From assembly GCF_009914755.1 (NCBI RefSeq), contig NC_060935.1: a DNA stretch of 64,000 nucleotides, one strand, 5' to 3'. The translations under genes and the position numbers were made by a program. The notes beneath the pieces are model-generated. The model was not told the DNA's origin, made no database searches, and saw nothing but the letters and a program-made list of their open reading frames with translations. Positions 18,140 through 30,789 of the stretch are shown here, one piece after another. Every line of letters begins with the position of its first letter. Position 1 is the first letter of the stretch. This stretch comes from the human T2T-CHM13v2.0 reference genome, Homo sapiens.

Positions 18140-18627
18140 CTTGGCGGGTGGAAAACAGCATCATTTAAAGGGAAAAAGAAAATCAAGACTGGGATTCAGG
18201 AAACTGGGATGTATTCCTAACCCTGACATGAACCTACTATTCCTTGCTGGGCAAGTTAACACTTCTCTGGGCTGTATTTTCACCGGTAGCTACAAAGTAG
18301 AGCTAGATCATCATAAAAACAGACAATAGTGTGGTATTCTACAATGTATTTTCGATTTATTGAATTCCAAAATAACTCAATAAAACTGGATAATTTTTCT
18401 TATACATGAACAATGAGAAGTAAAAGTATCTTCAAAATGTAGGCCTATCATCTTGTTCATAAAGCATTTGGCTTGTTTTATTAACCTAATTTTATAAGGG
18501 TAAATAATATTAATTTTTAAACCAGAGTGTAATGTGCTTCTGCTATACATAAAAGGTTTTTTTTTTTTTACTATTAACCAAACTGCAGATTTTACTAGGA
18601 TATTCTTTTTCTTTTTTAAAAAACAGT

Positions 18628-18746
18628 TTTTTATTGTGGTAAAATATATATAACATAGAAATTACCAATTTAATCATTTTAATAAGTGTAAAATTTAGTG
18701 TCAAGTACATTCACACTGTTGTGCAATCATTACCACCATCCATCTT
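18628..18746 (-). mobile_element. L1MB 3'-end fragment
   Basis: 'ttattgtggtaaaatatat...aagtacattcacactgttgtgcaatcattaccaccatccatct'. Confidence 0.75.
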
Positions 18747-18962
18747 AAGAAATTCAGAAAAAAATCTCGACCTTAAAATGTTCCCACTGATGAAACTTTC
18801 CATGTAAAACTCTTACTACAATTGATATTACAGGAACATGTTAAACATTAAGAACCAATATACAGTGCATCTATTTCAATTAATGACAGCAAAAATATTC
18901 CAGCTATACTATCTGTGAATTGAATAACATGAGATTAATTAGCATATAAGATTTATGTTATA

Positions 18963-19248
<286 letters not shown>

Positions 19249-19318
19249 CTAATATATTATACTGACAATTAATTATAAACTGTCATGTTTCTAATGGAGC
19301 CATCATCTAGTCCCTTAC

Positions 19319-20353
19319 TGAATACTGAAAGAGATCAAAAAATATTTGGAAAAAAACAACATCTTGCTGTTGTTCTGGACCTTCAAAGTAGACTCAATGG
19401 AAGACAGATCAGCTTGAATGTGATCCCCTTGTGTTTCCAGGTTCTATAGAAAAAGGAGCAAATCTAGTGGTTGGTGTTGAGACATTCCTTATTGCTAATG
19501 GCATACAGTGGGTAGGCCAGGGAGAACCCTTGGTGGGAAGGACTCTGAGGGAGCTTTGTCTCACTTTCCAGCATAGAAGGAAGCACAGGTGTCTTCTTTT
19601 CAAGGAACTCCTGTCTGGGACCCCTCTCCACATCTGACCTCTGACTGGAGGACAATGCAAAGGACCAGAGCCTGGGCTGGCTGCCCCACTATCTTGTGGG
19701 GAGGTTGAATCAAAGGAAGTTATTGAGCTTCTGCTTGCATGAGAAGCACCAAGATGAGCTGTCTTGCTGTCGTGGTAAACCTACTGACTAAGGATGGAAT
19801 TGGCCAGACTGGAGGGACTCCAGGGGCTGACAACAGATCAACAATGGTCATTGGGCCATTTGCACCTGCAACATCACAACATCACAGCCCGATGGTCTTT
19901 CTTCCTCAGGGATCTGATCATCCAGGAGATTCTAGATCATGCTTCTGCCAAATGTGCCACTTAGCACATCAAGAATGGAAGGATATTTTTCAGAACCTTC
20001 AAGTTCCTCCTCAGTCAACCTTTGGACATTTTCTTTTGTTATGTTGTCAAAGTTTCTCAGTTGACAGAACTCTCACTTTGAGATACTGTAAGTCAGTAAT
20101 TTCACCACATTCCAAACTCCTCTGGATCCATTATGTAAGAAGTCTCCATTAGATGCCTTCAGTATATTCAACTCCAAGTTTTCATGATCCATGCTGTATT
20201 CCCCTGAAAAAAGCAGCTCAATCACTCACCATTAGCAAGTGTTCATCTAAAACTTAATCTGACTGTCTTTATTATTAGGAACTAACTCCATAGGCAGTTT
20301 AGGGTTTTCTAAAGTTTTTCTTTCTCTTTAAGAATTGAGTCCATTCTTCCCTT

Positions 20354-20384
<31 letters not shown>

Positions 20385-21927
20385 GGTTCTTGTGAAAGCA
20401 GCTACCTGCTTCTCTGAAGACTGGAATTTTACTGTCTGCCAAAGCTGTTGTCCATTCTTTTGATGGGTTTTGAAGGACATTTTCTTTGTAGATACTTGAG
20501 GTTGGACTTGCTTTGTTGAGTCTTCTAAGGACTGAGTCTTACCTGTAATGTCAGTCACCAGCCAAACATGCGAACATTTAAATTTATCTTTTTTCCATAC
20601 TTTTAATAAGAGTTTAGGACAAAGTAAACAGTATAAGGTCTTTATCCTTGGTCATTACATTTGCTGGACCTCATAGTTAATTCTCAGTCTAACTTCCAGT
20701 ACAATTGATTTAAGGTCTGCAAATTCACTTTCAATTTAGCTAAACCTCTCAAAAACTTAATGTTTTTCCTCCAGAAGGGCAGAAACTCTAATGGATAGTT
20801 ATTTGAATCTCCTTGCTTTGTAATAAAACGTCTAAAGCACACAACCCCCCACTATGACTAAAAAGGTCAGCATGTTCCACCACATTCTTTGGATTTGGGC
20901 CTGGGCTAAGCTTCCCTGGAAAGGCTGTTACTGCCTGGCACTGAGCCTTCAAGAATGGTGTCATACAGAGCATCATGGCCATTAATGGACCCTCTATGGC
21001 TCCATGGCCACTGCTGAGTCATTTTAGGTTACTAGGATCTTGTGCCTACAATAGACAACAAACTGCTATGGTGAGTATTTTTCACATAACCTTCCTAGTG
21101 CCTGGCAACCAGGGCAGACCTCAGTGGAGGTGAGGGAGGGGACAAGGAAAACAGTGCCTCCCAACCTTCTGCACTTCTTGACCTACGAAACACTGATCAT
21201 GGCACACAATCTCTACTATGTAAGCCAAAGGGATGATCTGTGGTTCTGGCCACCCTCAGCTCTTCCTGGCTGCCCCAAGAACTAAGGAGTAAAAGTTTTT
21301 CTACATGTATAACCATTCAGGGTCACTGGTTGGGAAGCTCCCTGGTGGATAATTTGCAAGCCCCCGACACTGGCCACTGCGCTTCTTTCTCCTCAATAAA
21401 CTTTTCATTCTGTGGCCTTGGAGACCTAAACCAGCCCACAATGATTGGAAAAGACTCCACCTCTCAGTGCTCTTTTTTGTTTGTGTCTGGATTAACTTGA
21501 GTTTGTGTGAGGAAGTATGTGAGGAAAAATTATTAGGAGTTCCTCCATGCTGAACCTCCAGCTGAAATGAGGTTCCGGCTCATTTTACTAATTTCACCTT
21601 TAAAAGATGAAGAAGAAATACACAGAATTTTCACGTCTATTGCTGTTTGCAGTTGAAGAGTAGAAAGTTCAGAGAGGGTAAGTGACTTGCCTAAAAATAC
21701 GTGGGTATAGTAGGAACAGAATCCTACACTCAGGTTCAACATCTGTGCCTCTGCTCATCAAATAACCAAATTGTCTGCTGTAATCTCCTGTTAGCCATGT
21801 GATAAAGAAAAAGGAGCAATGAATGCTTTATGTTGATCACCTGGCTGCTTCCTGCCAGACTTATCCCAGAATTTAACAAGAAGAGCAGATTCTAAACTAA
21901 ATCCAAGCACCACGCCATAAGATTAAC
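19319..21927 (-). pseudogene. PDZPH1P: Core of an intron-containing pseudogene encoding a PDZ domain followed by a ~2.3-kb low-complexity exon; candidate PDZPH1P (PDZ and PH domain 1 pseudogene)
   Basis: Exon 21927-21767 (acceptor ccctctattttctag|) reads *SYGVVLGFSLESALLVKFWDKSGRKQPGDQHKAF...HG*QEITADNL. It splices in phase 0 to the exon at 21597 (acceptor ttcttcatcttttaaag|) reading VKLVK*AGTSFQLEVQ. Together these give PDZ hallmarks: LGF loop, GxxQPGD, alphaB/betaF. The end at 19319 (TCA|gtaagg) is tentative. The gene name is an inference from recall of domain architecture, not a search result. Confidence 0.55.
20356..20383 (+). repeat. Poly(T)28 tract inside the large pseudo-exon
   Basis: Direct count. 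Confidence 0.95.
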
Positions 21928-22185
21928 CTAGAAAATAGAGGGTCCAAACGTAGTGAAAACTGCATTGATTATAATTTAGAGTCCCTGCATTGATATCCCA
22001 GCTCCATTATATACTTATTTTAACTCCCACAAACCTCTTGCTTTGCTTATCTGTAAAATGGGACTATTGTGAGGAGCACCGGGCCTACAATTGGTCTTAA
22101 ATGGAATTTAGCTTCATTCCATTATTCACTTTTATACAAATGGAATCTGCACAAGATGGAATTTTATGTGCTAATAATACATTTT

Positions 22186-22370
22186 TACAGTCATTCTCAT
22201 TCTTGTTCACATGTTAGAATCACCAGGGGAGATTTTTAAAAATACTGATATCTGCATCTCCAATACCAGAGGTCCAGACGTGATTGATGTCAAGTGTTGC
22301 CTGAGTATTGGGATTCTTTTAAAGCTCTCCAGGTCATTCTAATGCACAGCCAATCTTGAGACTGTGGTCT
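22186..22370. mobile_element. MER5A
   Basis: 'ttagaatcaccagggggagatttttaaaaatactgat...aaagctctccaggtcattctaatgcacagcca'. Confidence 0.8.
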
Positions 22371-22399
22371 GTTAAAAACTATTATCAAATGATCATTTG

Positions 22400-22565
22400 T
22401 AGATACTAAGCATTGTCACATTGTAAAGCATTAATCCACACAACTACACAGCAAATACTATTATTCTACCTATGAAGAAATTGAGGCTCAAAGAGAGAAA
22501 AATTTTTTCTAAGGTTATACAGCTAGAAAATAGTGGTGGAGAGATTTGGATTTGGGTCTCTCTGT
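22400..22565 (-). mobile_element. MIR
   Basis: 'atgaagaaattgaggctcaaagag...ctaaggttatacagctag'. Confidence 0.7.
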
Positions 22566-24552
22566 CTTTGAAGTCCACGCTAATAGCTACCAGCCAATGC
22601 TGTGAAGGCAGAGCTCCCACAGGTCATTTCCATGACACTGTGTGGCACCTTTTTATTCTTCTCAGTCAACCCACTGTTTCTCTGAATTTTTACCATCACA
22701 TTCATACTATAGGGTCAAAAGTCATCCCACTTTGCTTTTAAAAGGAGCTAAGCCAGACAGCAGAGATTAAAATCCCAGCCCTGCTAAGAGTTAGAGGTGG
22801 AAAAATTTTCAGCTATTCACTAGCAGGGAACCCAACAGAAGCAGATTTTCTCCTAGTATTCAGCACGTTCCTCAGACTCTACTTGCTGATCACCTTTGAC
22901 CGCCACCTCATTCCTCGTTCAACCACATTGCCAAATAGATCGATGGAAAATTACCACTTGGATTCACTCAATATCATTCCAACTGTACTTGGCAGGAGGG
23001 AGGGCAGGGGGAAGGGAATTGGTGGTAAATGACATTAAATGACAGACAGAAGCCTTGTCAGAGAGGCTCAGAACCAGGAAGTAATTGATTAATACCCAAC
23101 TCTGGCAAGAAGCTAAGAGTAGAAGACACATTGCCTGACAGCGTGCAATAGGTCCTCATTACTTGCATCACCTCCCATTAAGCATCTGAGTCTCTCATGG
23201 GCTCACTCTTCCTGTTCATTTTCTAACACAGAGTACAGTCAGGGAAATTGTGTTATGGATTCAGCCACATTCAAGAAAACTTTGAGGTTTTCTCTCAGCA
23301 AGTTATCTCTTAATTTCTAACTGTGCCTTTAGACACCATTGTAAGACTAAATTAAAAACTTGCTAAGAGACAAAAGGCTACATCTGAAACCTGAGAGTTG
23401 TCAGGCTGGAGGTTAAACCCTGAGTTACTGAGGCTTCCTTCTCACTAACATTTGTATCCATCAACAAGAGAGAGAAAAAGGACTCCAATTCATCAGAGTA
23501 CTGAATCCATTGAAAGGCTGACATTCTTTAACAACTTTTATTGGTGAAGCCAGCATTAGTTAAAGAAATAATCTTCACCTTTGTCATTAGAAAAGGGTGA
23601 GCTGCATCACAGCTGACTACATGCTAGTCCTGTGCGCTTGGGCAAGCCACTTAAATTTCCAAACTTCAGCTTCCTTATAGAAATTGAACATAAAATTACT
23701 TCTTCACAGGGTTGTTGGGAGAACTAATGTTTTAGAAGGTCCTTGTAAAGCCCTTGACATCAGAAAGATTAGCTGGCTGTCCCCTGTTGCTGGTGAGAAT
23801 CATTACCTGTAGTTAAATTAAAAATCCCTGCTGCTAGTCACCCTGGAGCAGGCAACACAGAGATGTCCAATTGAGAAGCAGCCTTGACATAAATCAATAC
23901 TGACTATTTAAAGCACCTACCCCAGTGGCCTGACTTTCACTTTGGGGCTCTACTTGAAAGCATGCTCTGTTTTCTCATACATATGCCATGTCTCTCTGGA
24001 TCCAAAGTCACAGGGGCTCTTCATTGATCTTCAGTTTCAGCAACTCCAAAGGATGACTCGTTGAGTTTCTTACTAGGACCCCCTTCAAAACTAAATCTTG
24101 CATATGCTACACATTTTTTAAAATTTGTATCATACCATTCCACACGTATCATCAAAAATTTGTAAAAATTCATCTAGCCATTTTTTATGTGCTATGACCA
24201 TTGTCAAGGTTTAAAAAAATCTCAACTATGTAGACATTCTGTTAATTTTAATAAAACTCAATTGGTATCTCTGTGCTGGACATCCATCTTCAGGGGCTCC
24301 CAGTATAGCAGAGGACACATACAGGAAGAGATGATTTCATGCACTGTGGTATATTCTAGATCTATGTTCATCCAGGATGCTATGAGAACACTTAGGTGGT
24401 CGGAGAATACTGGGACAGAAAAGGAGCCAGCCTGGATTAGTAAGTTTTGCCTCACCTATCTCTGAACACTCTTTGAAGCACATAGTTGGGTACATCTAAG
24501 ATTCTGAGAAAGTCATTTACTTCCAAAATTTCAGGCATTTTTCTGCCATTTC

Positions 24553-24844
24553 CTTTTGCTTTGCTTTGCTTTTTTTTTTTTTTTTTTTTTTTTTTTTGAG
24601 GCAGAGTCTCGCTCTGTCGCCCAGGCTGGAGTGCAGTGGCACAATCTCGGCTCACTGCAACCTCAGCCTCCTGGGTTCAAATGATTCTCCTGCCTCAGCC
24701 ATGCCCTGCTAATTTTTTGTATTTTTAGTAGAGATGGGATTTCACCATGTTAGCCAGACTGGTCTCGATCTCCTGGCCTCATTATCCTCCCGCCTTGGCC
24801 TCCCAAAGTGTTGGGATTACAGGGGTGAGCCACCGTGCCTGGCC
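24553..24844 (-). mobile_element. AluS with ~30-bp internal deletion
   Basis: TSD tctgccatttc (24542-24552, 24845-24855); long T tail. Confidence 0.95.
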
Positions 24845-25233
24845 TCTGCCATTTCATCCACTCATTCAATAATAATACTGAGGATCTGCTAGGTGCCAGG
24901 CACTGTACTAGATCTGAAGGTAAAGAGAAATATAGCACTTTTCTTGCCTTCAGTGTCTTACTGTCAAAGGATAGCATGTAGTGTAATAACTGCAGTACAG
25001 TGTGATAGTGAAATAATAGAGAAATATGCAAAGAACATAGTTGGCCCAAAGAATTTTAAGATTAAGTCAACTTTGGTCAGGAAAGGCATTGCTGAGAAAG
25101 ACACATAAGATGCAGTGAGGAGCAGGACAGGAGGCATAGGGAGCAGAACAATGAAAGGATCAGAAACAAAGGCACACAGCATTTCCCAGGAAATGAGGGC
25201 CCCCACTCCAACAAGAGCATTTCTTTCACTCAC

Positions 25234-25295
25234 CTCACTCTTGGTAGCACTTTCCACTTTTCTAAGTGCATAACAACAGATCTCTTCCACAAAGC
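25234..25295 (-). pseudogene. Candidate exon of the decayed minus-strand gene
   Basis: Acceptor agtttttctag|, consensus donor GAG|gtgagt; 62 nt. Confidence 0.4.
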
Positions 25296-25949
25296 CTAGA
25301 AAAACTATTTTGAGCATTAACACTTGTGAGATTGTGTCCCTGCTTTGACCTGGTCAGTAGTGTGGCATAAAAGGTCTCTTTCCCCTTCTGAGCCTCAGTG
25401 GCTGATCATCCCTGAGACATCCTTAACTCTTCAACTCATCAAGTTTTAAAACAAATGTCATATTCTTAATAGATTGGAAAATGAAGGGCAGAGATACCTG
25501 AGCGCATGGGTAGTTAGTGGCAGAAAGACTGGAATCCAAGTCTCCTGACTGATAAGGCAATACTCTTTCCACCAGAGGTTATCAAACTGGAGTGCAAGCA
25601 TGACAAATATTCTCTGTTCACCTTCCTTGATCTCCCTCTACTCTGCTTCACTTTGCTCTCTCCAGACAGGCTGATTTCTATGGATGGGATCAACCAGGTT
25701 CTCCTGATGCCAGGCTTCTGATTGGCTTCAATGGGTCATGCAGAAAATATTAGAGGATTGAGGTATCTGCCTCCCCCACTGCACTCCACCCCAATCCCTC
25801 CTCTAGCAAAGGCCATAGCACTTGTCAAGTAGTCTTCTCCTAGGGCTTCAGCTAGGGCTGCAGCCACAGCACTGGTAGCCACTCCCTCCCTCTGACAATT
25901 CAGGCCTGATATAGGTAATGGCCCTTAGGATTGCTAGCCCAAGGGTGCT

Positions 25950-26376
25950 TATATTAGTTTCTTGTAGCTGCCCCCATATTGCCATGACATTGAGTGGTTT
26001 CCAGAGGATTTAGGAAAAAGTTCCTCCCTTCCCTTTTCAAGCTTCTGGTGGCTGTCTGCATTCCATAGTTTGAGGCCACATTATTCTAATCTCTACCTTC
26101 GTCTGTAAATTGCCTCCTCCCCTTCTGTTTGTGTTATCTCCTTTTGTTTCTTTCTTATAAGGTAACTTGTGAATGCATTTAGGATTCACCTGACTAATCT
26201 CAGATGATCTATTTATCTCAAATTTCTTAATTTAATTACATCTGTTACCATGTTTAATGGTATTTAAGTGAATACCATACTTATATTCACTCTTCTTCCA
26301 CTTAAGTAAATAGTCACAGTTCTAGAGATCAAGACATGGACATATTGTGAAGAAAGTTGCCATTCAACCCATTGCA
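25950..26376 (-). mobile_element. MLT1B/C LTR nested in LTR33
   Basis: 'tatattagttt...gcttctggtggct...gcatttagg...aagacatggacatat...ccattcaacccattgca'. Confidence 0.75.
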
Positions 26377-26434
26377 GTATGTTACTAATCTGTGATGGTT
26401 TTCCTTAGCTCTGCCTACTCCCATTTAGAATATA

Positions 26435-28231
26435 ATCACACTTGTAATAGCCACAAAAAAATAAAATACCTAGGAATACATTTATTCAAGGAGGTGAAAG
26501 ATCTCTATAAGGAGAATTACAAAACACTGATGAAATAAAGCATAAATGACACAAACAATTGGAAAAATATTTCCTGTTTATGGATTACAAGAATCAATGT
26601 CAATAATATGGCCATACTGCCCAAAGAAATCTATGGATTCAGCGCTGTTACTATCAAGCTACCAATATCATTTTTCACAGAACTAGAAAAAAAAAACTAT
26701 TCTAAAATTTATATGGAACCAAAAAAGAGCCCAAATAGCCAAAGCAATCCTAAGCAAAGAGAACAAAGCTGGAGACATCACAACACCTGATTTCAAACTC
26801 TAAGACCAGAGTAACCAAAATAGCATGGTACTGGTACACAAACAGACACATAGACCAATGGAACAGAATAATGAACCCGGAAATAAAACCACATGTCTAC
26901 AGCCATCTGGTCTTCAACAAACTTGACAAAGAAAGTGATGGGGAAAGGACTCCCTAGTCAATAAATGGTGCTGGGATAACTGACTAGCTATATGAAGAAG
27001 AATAAAACTAGATCCCCACCTTTCATGATATACAAAAATTTATTCAAGATGGATTAAAGATTTAAAGGTAAGACATCAAACTATAAGAGTGCTAGAAAAA
27101 TACCTAGGAAACACCATTCTGGACATCAGCCTTGGGAAATAATTTTTGACTAAGTCCTCAAAAGCAATTGCAACAAAAACAAAATTTGGCACATGAGACC
27201 AAATTAAACTAGAGAGCTTCTGCACAGCAAAAGAAATTATCAACAGAATAAACAGACAACCTACAGAATGTGAGAAAATATACTTAAACTATGCATTTGA
27301 CCAATGTCTAATATCCAGAATCTATGAGGAACTTAAACAATTCAACAAACAAAACACAAATAACATCATCAAAAAATGGGCAAAAGACATGAACAGGTAC
27401 TTCTCAAAAGAAGACATACAAGCAGCCAACAAAAATATGAAAAAATATTTATTATCACTAATCATCAGAGAAATGCAAATCAAAACCACAATGAGATACC
27501 ATCTCACACTAATCAGAATGGCTATTACTAAAAAGTCAAAAAAACAACAGATGATGGCAAGGCTGCAGAGAAAAGTAAACAGTTATTAACTGTTGGTGGG
27601 AGTGTAAATTAATTCAGCCACTATGGAAAGCAGTTTGGAGATTTCTTAAAGATCTTAACACAGAACAAACATTCAACCCAACAATTCCATTACTGGGTAT
27701 ATATCCAAAAGAAAATAAATAATTTTATAAGGAAGACACATGCACTTGTATGTTCATCACAGCACTATTCACAATAGCAAAGATATGGAATCAACCTAGG
27801 TGTCCGTCAGTGGTAGATTGGATAAAGAAAATGTGGTACATATACATCATGAAATACTATGAAGCCATTAAAAAATAAAATTATGTCCTTTGCAGCAACA
27901 TCATGCAGCTCAAGGTCACTATTCTAAGAGAATTAATGCGGGAACAGAAAAGCAAACACTACATGTTCTCACTTATAAGTGGGAGCTAAATATCGAATAA
28001 ATATGGACATAAAGATGGAAACAAGAGACACTAGGGACTACCAGAGGGGAGAATGAATGAGGGAAGCAAAGGTTAAAAAACTACCTATTGGGCACTATGC
28101 TCTGTGCCTGGATGATAAGATCAATCATTCCCTAAACTTCAGCATCGTACAATATACCAACGTAACAAACCTGCATATGTACCCCTTGTATATCAAATAG
28201 AAGTTGAAATTATAAAAACAAACAAAAAAAA
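26435..28231 (+). mobile_element. L1PA15/16-type 5'-truncated L1
   Basis: ORF2 C-terminal fragments ([21 protein letters not shown]); 3' UTR 'aaaactacctattggg...aaacttcagcatc...gaagttgaaatt' plus A tail. Confidence 0.92.
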
Positions 28232-28390
28232 GGTGTATTTTTTAGAACCTCCTCAATTACTCTATTTGACTGTGCCATGTTTTATACCCAATCTAATACA
28301 AATCCCCTTTGGGTATACATAGCAGTATGGGTATAGGAAGCCACCAAAAACACATAATGTATGTACCGATTTTATCCATTTCACTTAATA

Positions 28391-28710
28391 TTAGGTTAGT
28401 GCAAAGGTAACTGCAGTTTTTGCCCTTAAAAGTAATGACAAAAACTGGGGATTAGAGTTCAACATGGGATGTGGAGGGGACAATTATCCGAACCATATCA
28501 CATGGTGACAGCAACACCTCCAGACAATTTTACAAAAGGCTCCCTTCATTGCTTTACCATCCTCACTGAGAAACACTGATGGGAGGCCTGGAAAGCCATT
28601 TCAGAGGTTTTGGCATTTACTAGGAGCGATATGGAAAGCTACTGGAAGATGCACACTTTTAATCATCACTTTTAATGGCAAAAAATGCAATAACTTTTAC
28701 ACCAACTTGA
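28391..28710. mobile_element. MADE1 (Hsmar1 MITE) expanded by ~210 bp of captured local DNA
   Basis: TIRs ttaggttagtgcaaaggtaactgcagtttttgcc and ggcaaaaaatgcaataacttttacaccaacttga; TA at 28389-28390 and 28711-28712. Confidence 0.9.
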
Positions 28711-29834
28711 TAGAAAGTAATTTAAAATATGACCTTTCTATTAAAAATAATATAAAATAATAGAGAGTGAAATGTAAAATTTACATGAATTTTATGGATA
28801 AAATAAATAAATTACACATTGAAGGTCATTTTTAGCTATAATTCCTAATTCTTATATCCAACCACTGGGACAAGTTGATTCTTCTCTGCTGTAATGCTGT
28901 TATGTCCTTTGCAGCAACATCATGCAGCTGCATGTGAACAACAAAAATGTTCACTTTAAATTGTTGTTATATTTTCTGTTTTTAGTAATTAGTCTCTATG
29001 ACTGAAGTTTTCTGTCCATGAAAAACAGAGGATTTGTGCAGCTCTCACCCTATTCCCTTGAGGACTAGAAAACTTATTTCACCTTTTTCTTTAGTTTACC
29101 AGCTGTGCAACGGTAAGATGATCAGGTGGAATGAATATATTGGTCAGGTTAATGAGATTTGCAGTATTAGACCACAAGTAAGGCTTTATTAAAGAAATTC
29201 AGGATGAGTAACCATTCTAATGCTATAGTCAGAGCTCTGATCTCCAAAGAAGGCTTCTGGGTGACAAGTGAAAGGCAAAAGTGAAGGCCTTACAACCTTC
29301 CAGACTAGTGACAAGTGGAAGACATAGCTTCACAAAAACCAAAAACTTTGGATTGGACTTCATGCCAAGAAACCACTACAAAAGAATCATGGACAGTGCA
29401 TTAGAACACTGCCTCAGAGAAGCCCAGTACCTAATATTGCCATTCTTGAGTCATCCCTTTTTATTATTTTTCACATGAAATTCATCAGCAAATCCTGCTA
29501 GCTCTGCATAAAAAGATATCCACAATCCAGCTACTTCTCACCAACTGCCTGAGCTACGGCCACTCTGGCTGATTCCAGAGCCTCCAAACAATGCAACTGC
29601 TTCTGCCCTTTCCCCAAGTCTATTTTTAACACAACTAGAGAGGTCTTTAAAAACATGAGAAAAATCATATTTCTCTGATGAGCATCTTCCAGTAGCTTTT
29701 CATATTGCTCCTAGTAAATGCCAAAAACATCTAAAATGGCTTTCCAGGCCTCCCATCAGTGTTTCTCAACGAGGATGGTAATGCTATGAAGGGGGTCTTT
29801 TGTAAAATTGTCTGGAGGTGTTGCTGTCACCATG

Positions 29835-30255
29835 TGATATGGTTTGGATATTTGTCCCCTCCACTCTCATGTTGAATTGTAATCCCCAGTGTTGGAGGTG
29901 GAGCCTGGTGGGGGGTGTTTCAGTCAAGAGCACAGATCCCTCATGAATAGCTTGGTGCCGCCCTTGTGATAATGAGTGAGTTCTCATTCTGGTAGTTTAT
30001 ATGAGACACGGTTGTTTAAAAGAGCATGGCACCTCTCCCCTCTCTTTCTTGCTCCCCCTCTTGCCGTGTGACATGTCTGCTCCCACTTCACCTTCTGCCA
30101 TGACTGTAAGCTTCCTGAGGCCCTCACCAGGAGCCAATGTCAACACCATGTTTCCTGTACATCCTGTAGAAGCATGACTCAGTTAAATCTCTTTTCTTTA
30201 TAAATTACCCAGCCGAAGGTATTCCTTTATAATATCGCAAAAATGGCCTGACACA
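29835..30255 (+). mobile_element. MST (MSTA/MSTB) LTR inserted in a MER20-like hAT element
   Basis: 'tgatatggtttggatatttgtcccctcc...tttataaattacccag...ggcctgacaca'. Confidence 0.88.
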
Positions 30256-30789
30256 CTCTTCATCTCGTGAGCAGGGCAGGGTTGCTAGATATTCTGCAAT
30301 GAGTGGATGACCCACACAGTGAAGACTCTTCTTGTCTCTTGCATGACTTTTTGGTGTCCTCTGTGGACATCATATATCACTTCATTTTTAAAAACTTTAT
30401 CAATCATTGTTCTCTTCACAAATGCCACTCATATTTGAGTCACCACTATATCACACTTGTATCAGTCAACATTTTTATGCCACATTTATGATGATTCTGA
30501 CTAAGGGTAAAGAACTTGACTACTTCATTATATCTTCCACCGTAATCATACACTAGGGTTTACATATCTTTTTAGTAATTTCTTACATATATTACTATTA
30601 GAGGATAACATTAGGTTTTTTTTTTTTTTAGTTATGTGTGTGTGTAAGTAGGTTCTATTACCTACGGATTTCATTTCAAGGTAATATAGGAAACATTGCA
30701 AATTATTTGCTATGGTATAGGCCACTGGGTCTCATGGGTGCACTTTACAAAATCTGTACTGTGTCACCTCTATGTCCCCAAGGCCCTAT

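Larger units (their letters stand above)
25600..28300 (+). mobile_element. LTR33 (ERVL) in three pieces (~25600-25949, ~26377-26425, ~28232-28300)
   Basis: LTR33 motifs 'aggctgatttctatgga', 'ttgctagccccaaggg', 'ctctgcctac', 'ctcctcaattac...tgtgccat...ctaataca' appear in order around two nested elements. Confidence 0.6.

Noticed and set aside
19739-20152. 137-aa plus-strand ORF
   Set aside because: No recognisable motif; antisense shadow of the minus-strand pseudo-exon.
22780-24080. Further exon-like pieces upstream of the PDZ exon
   Set aside because: Splice sites weak or ambiguous; boundaries could not be fixed by eye.
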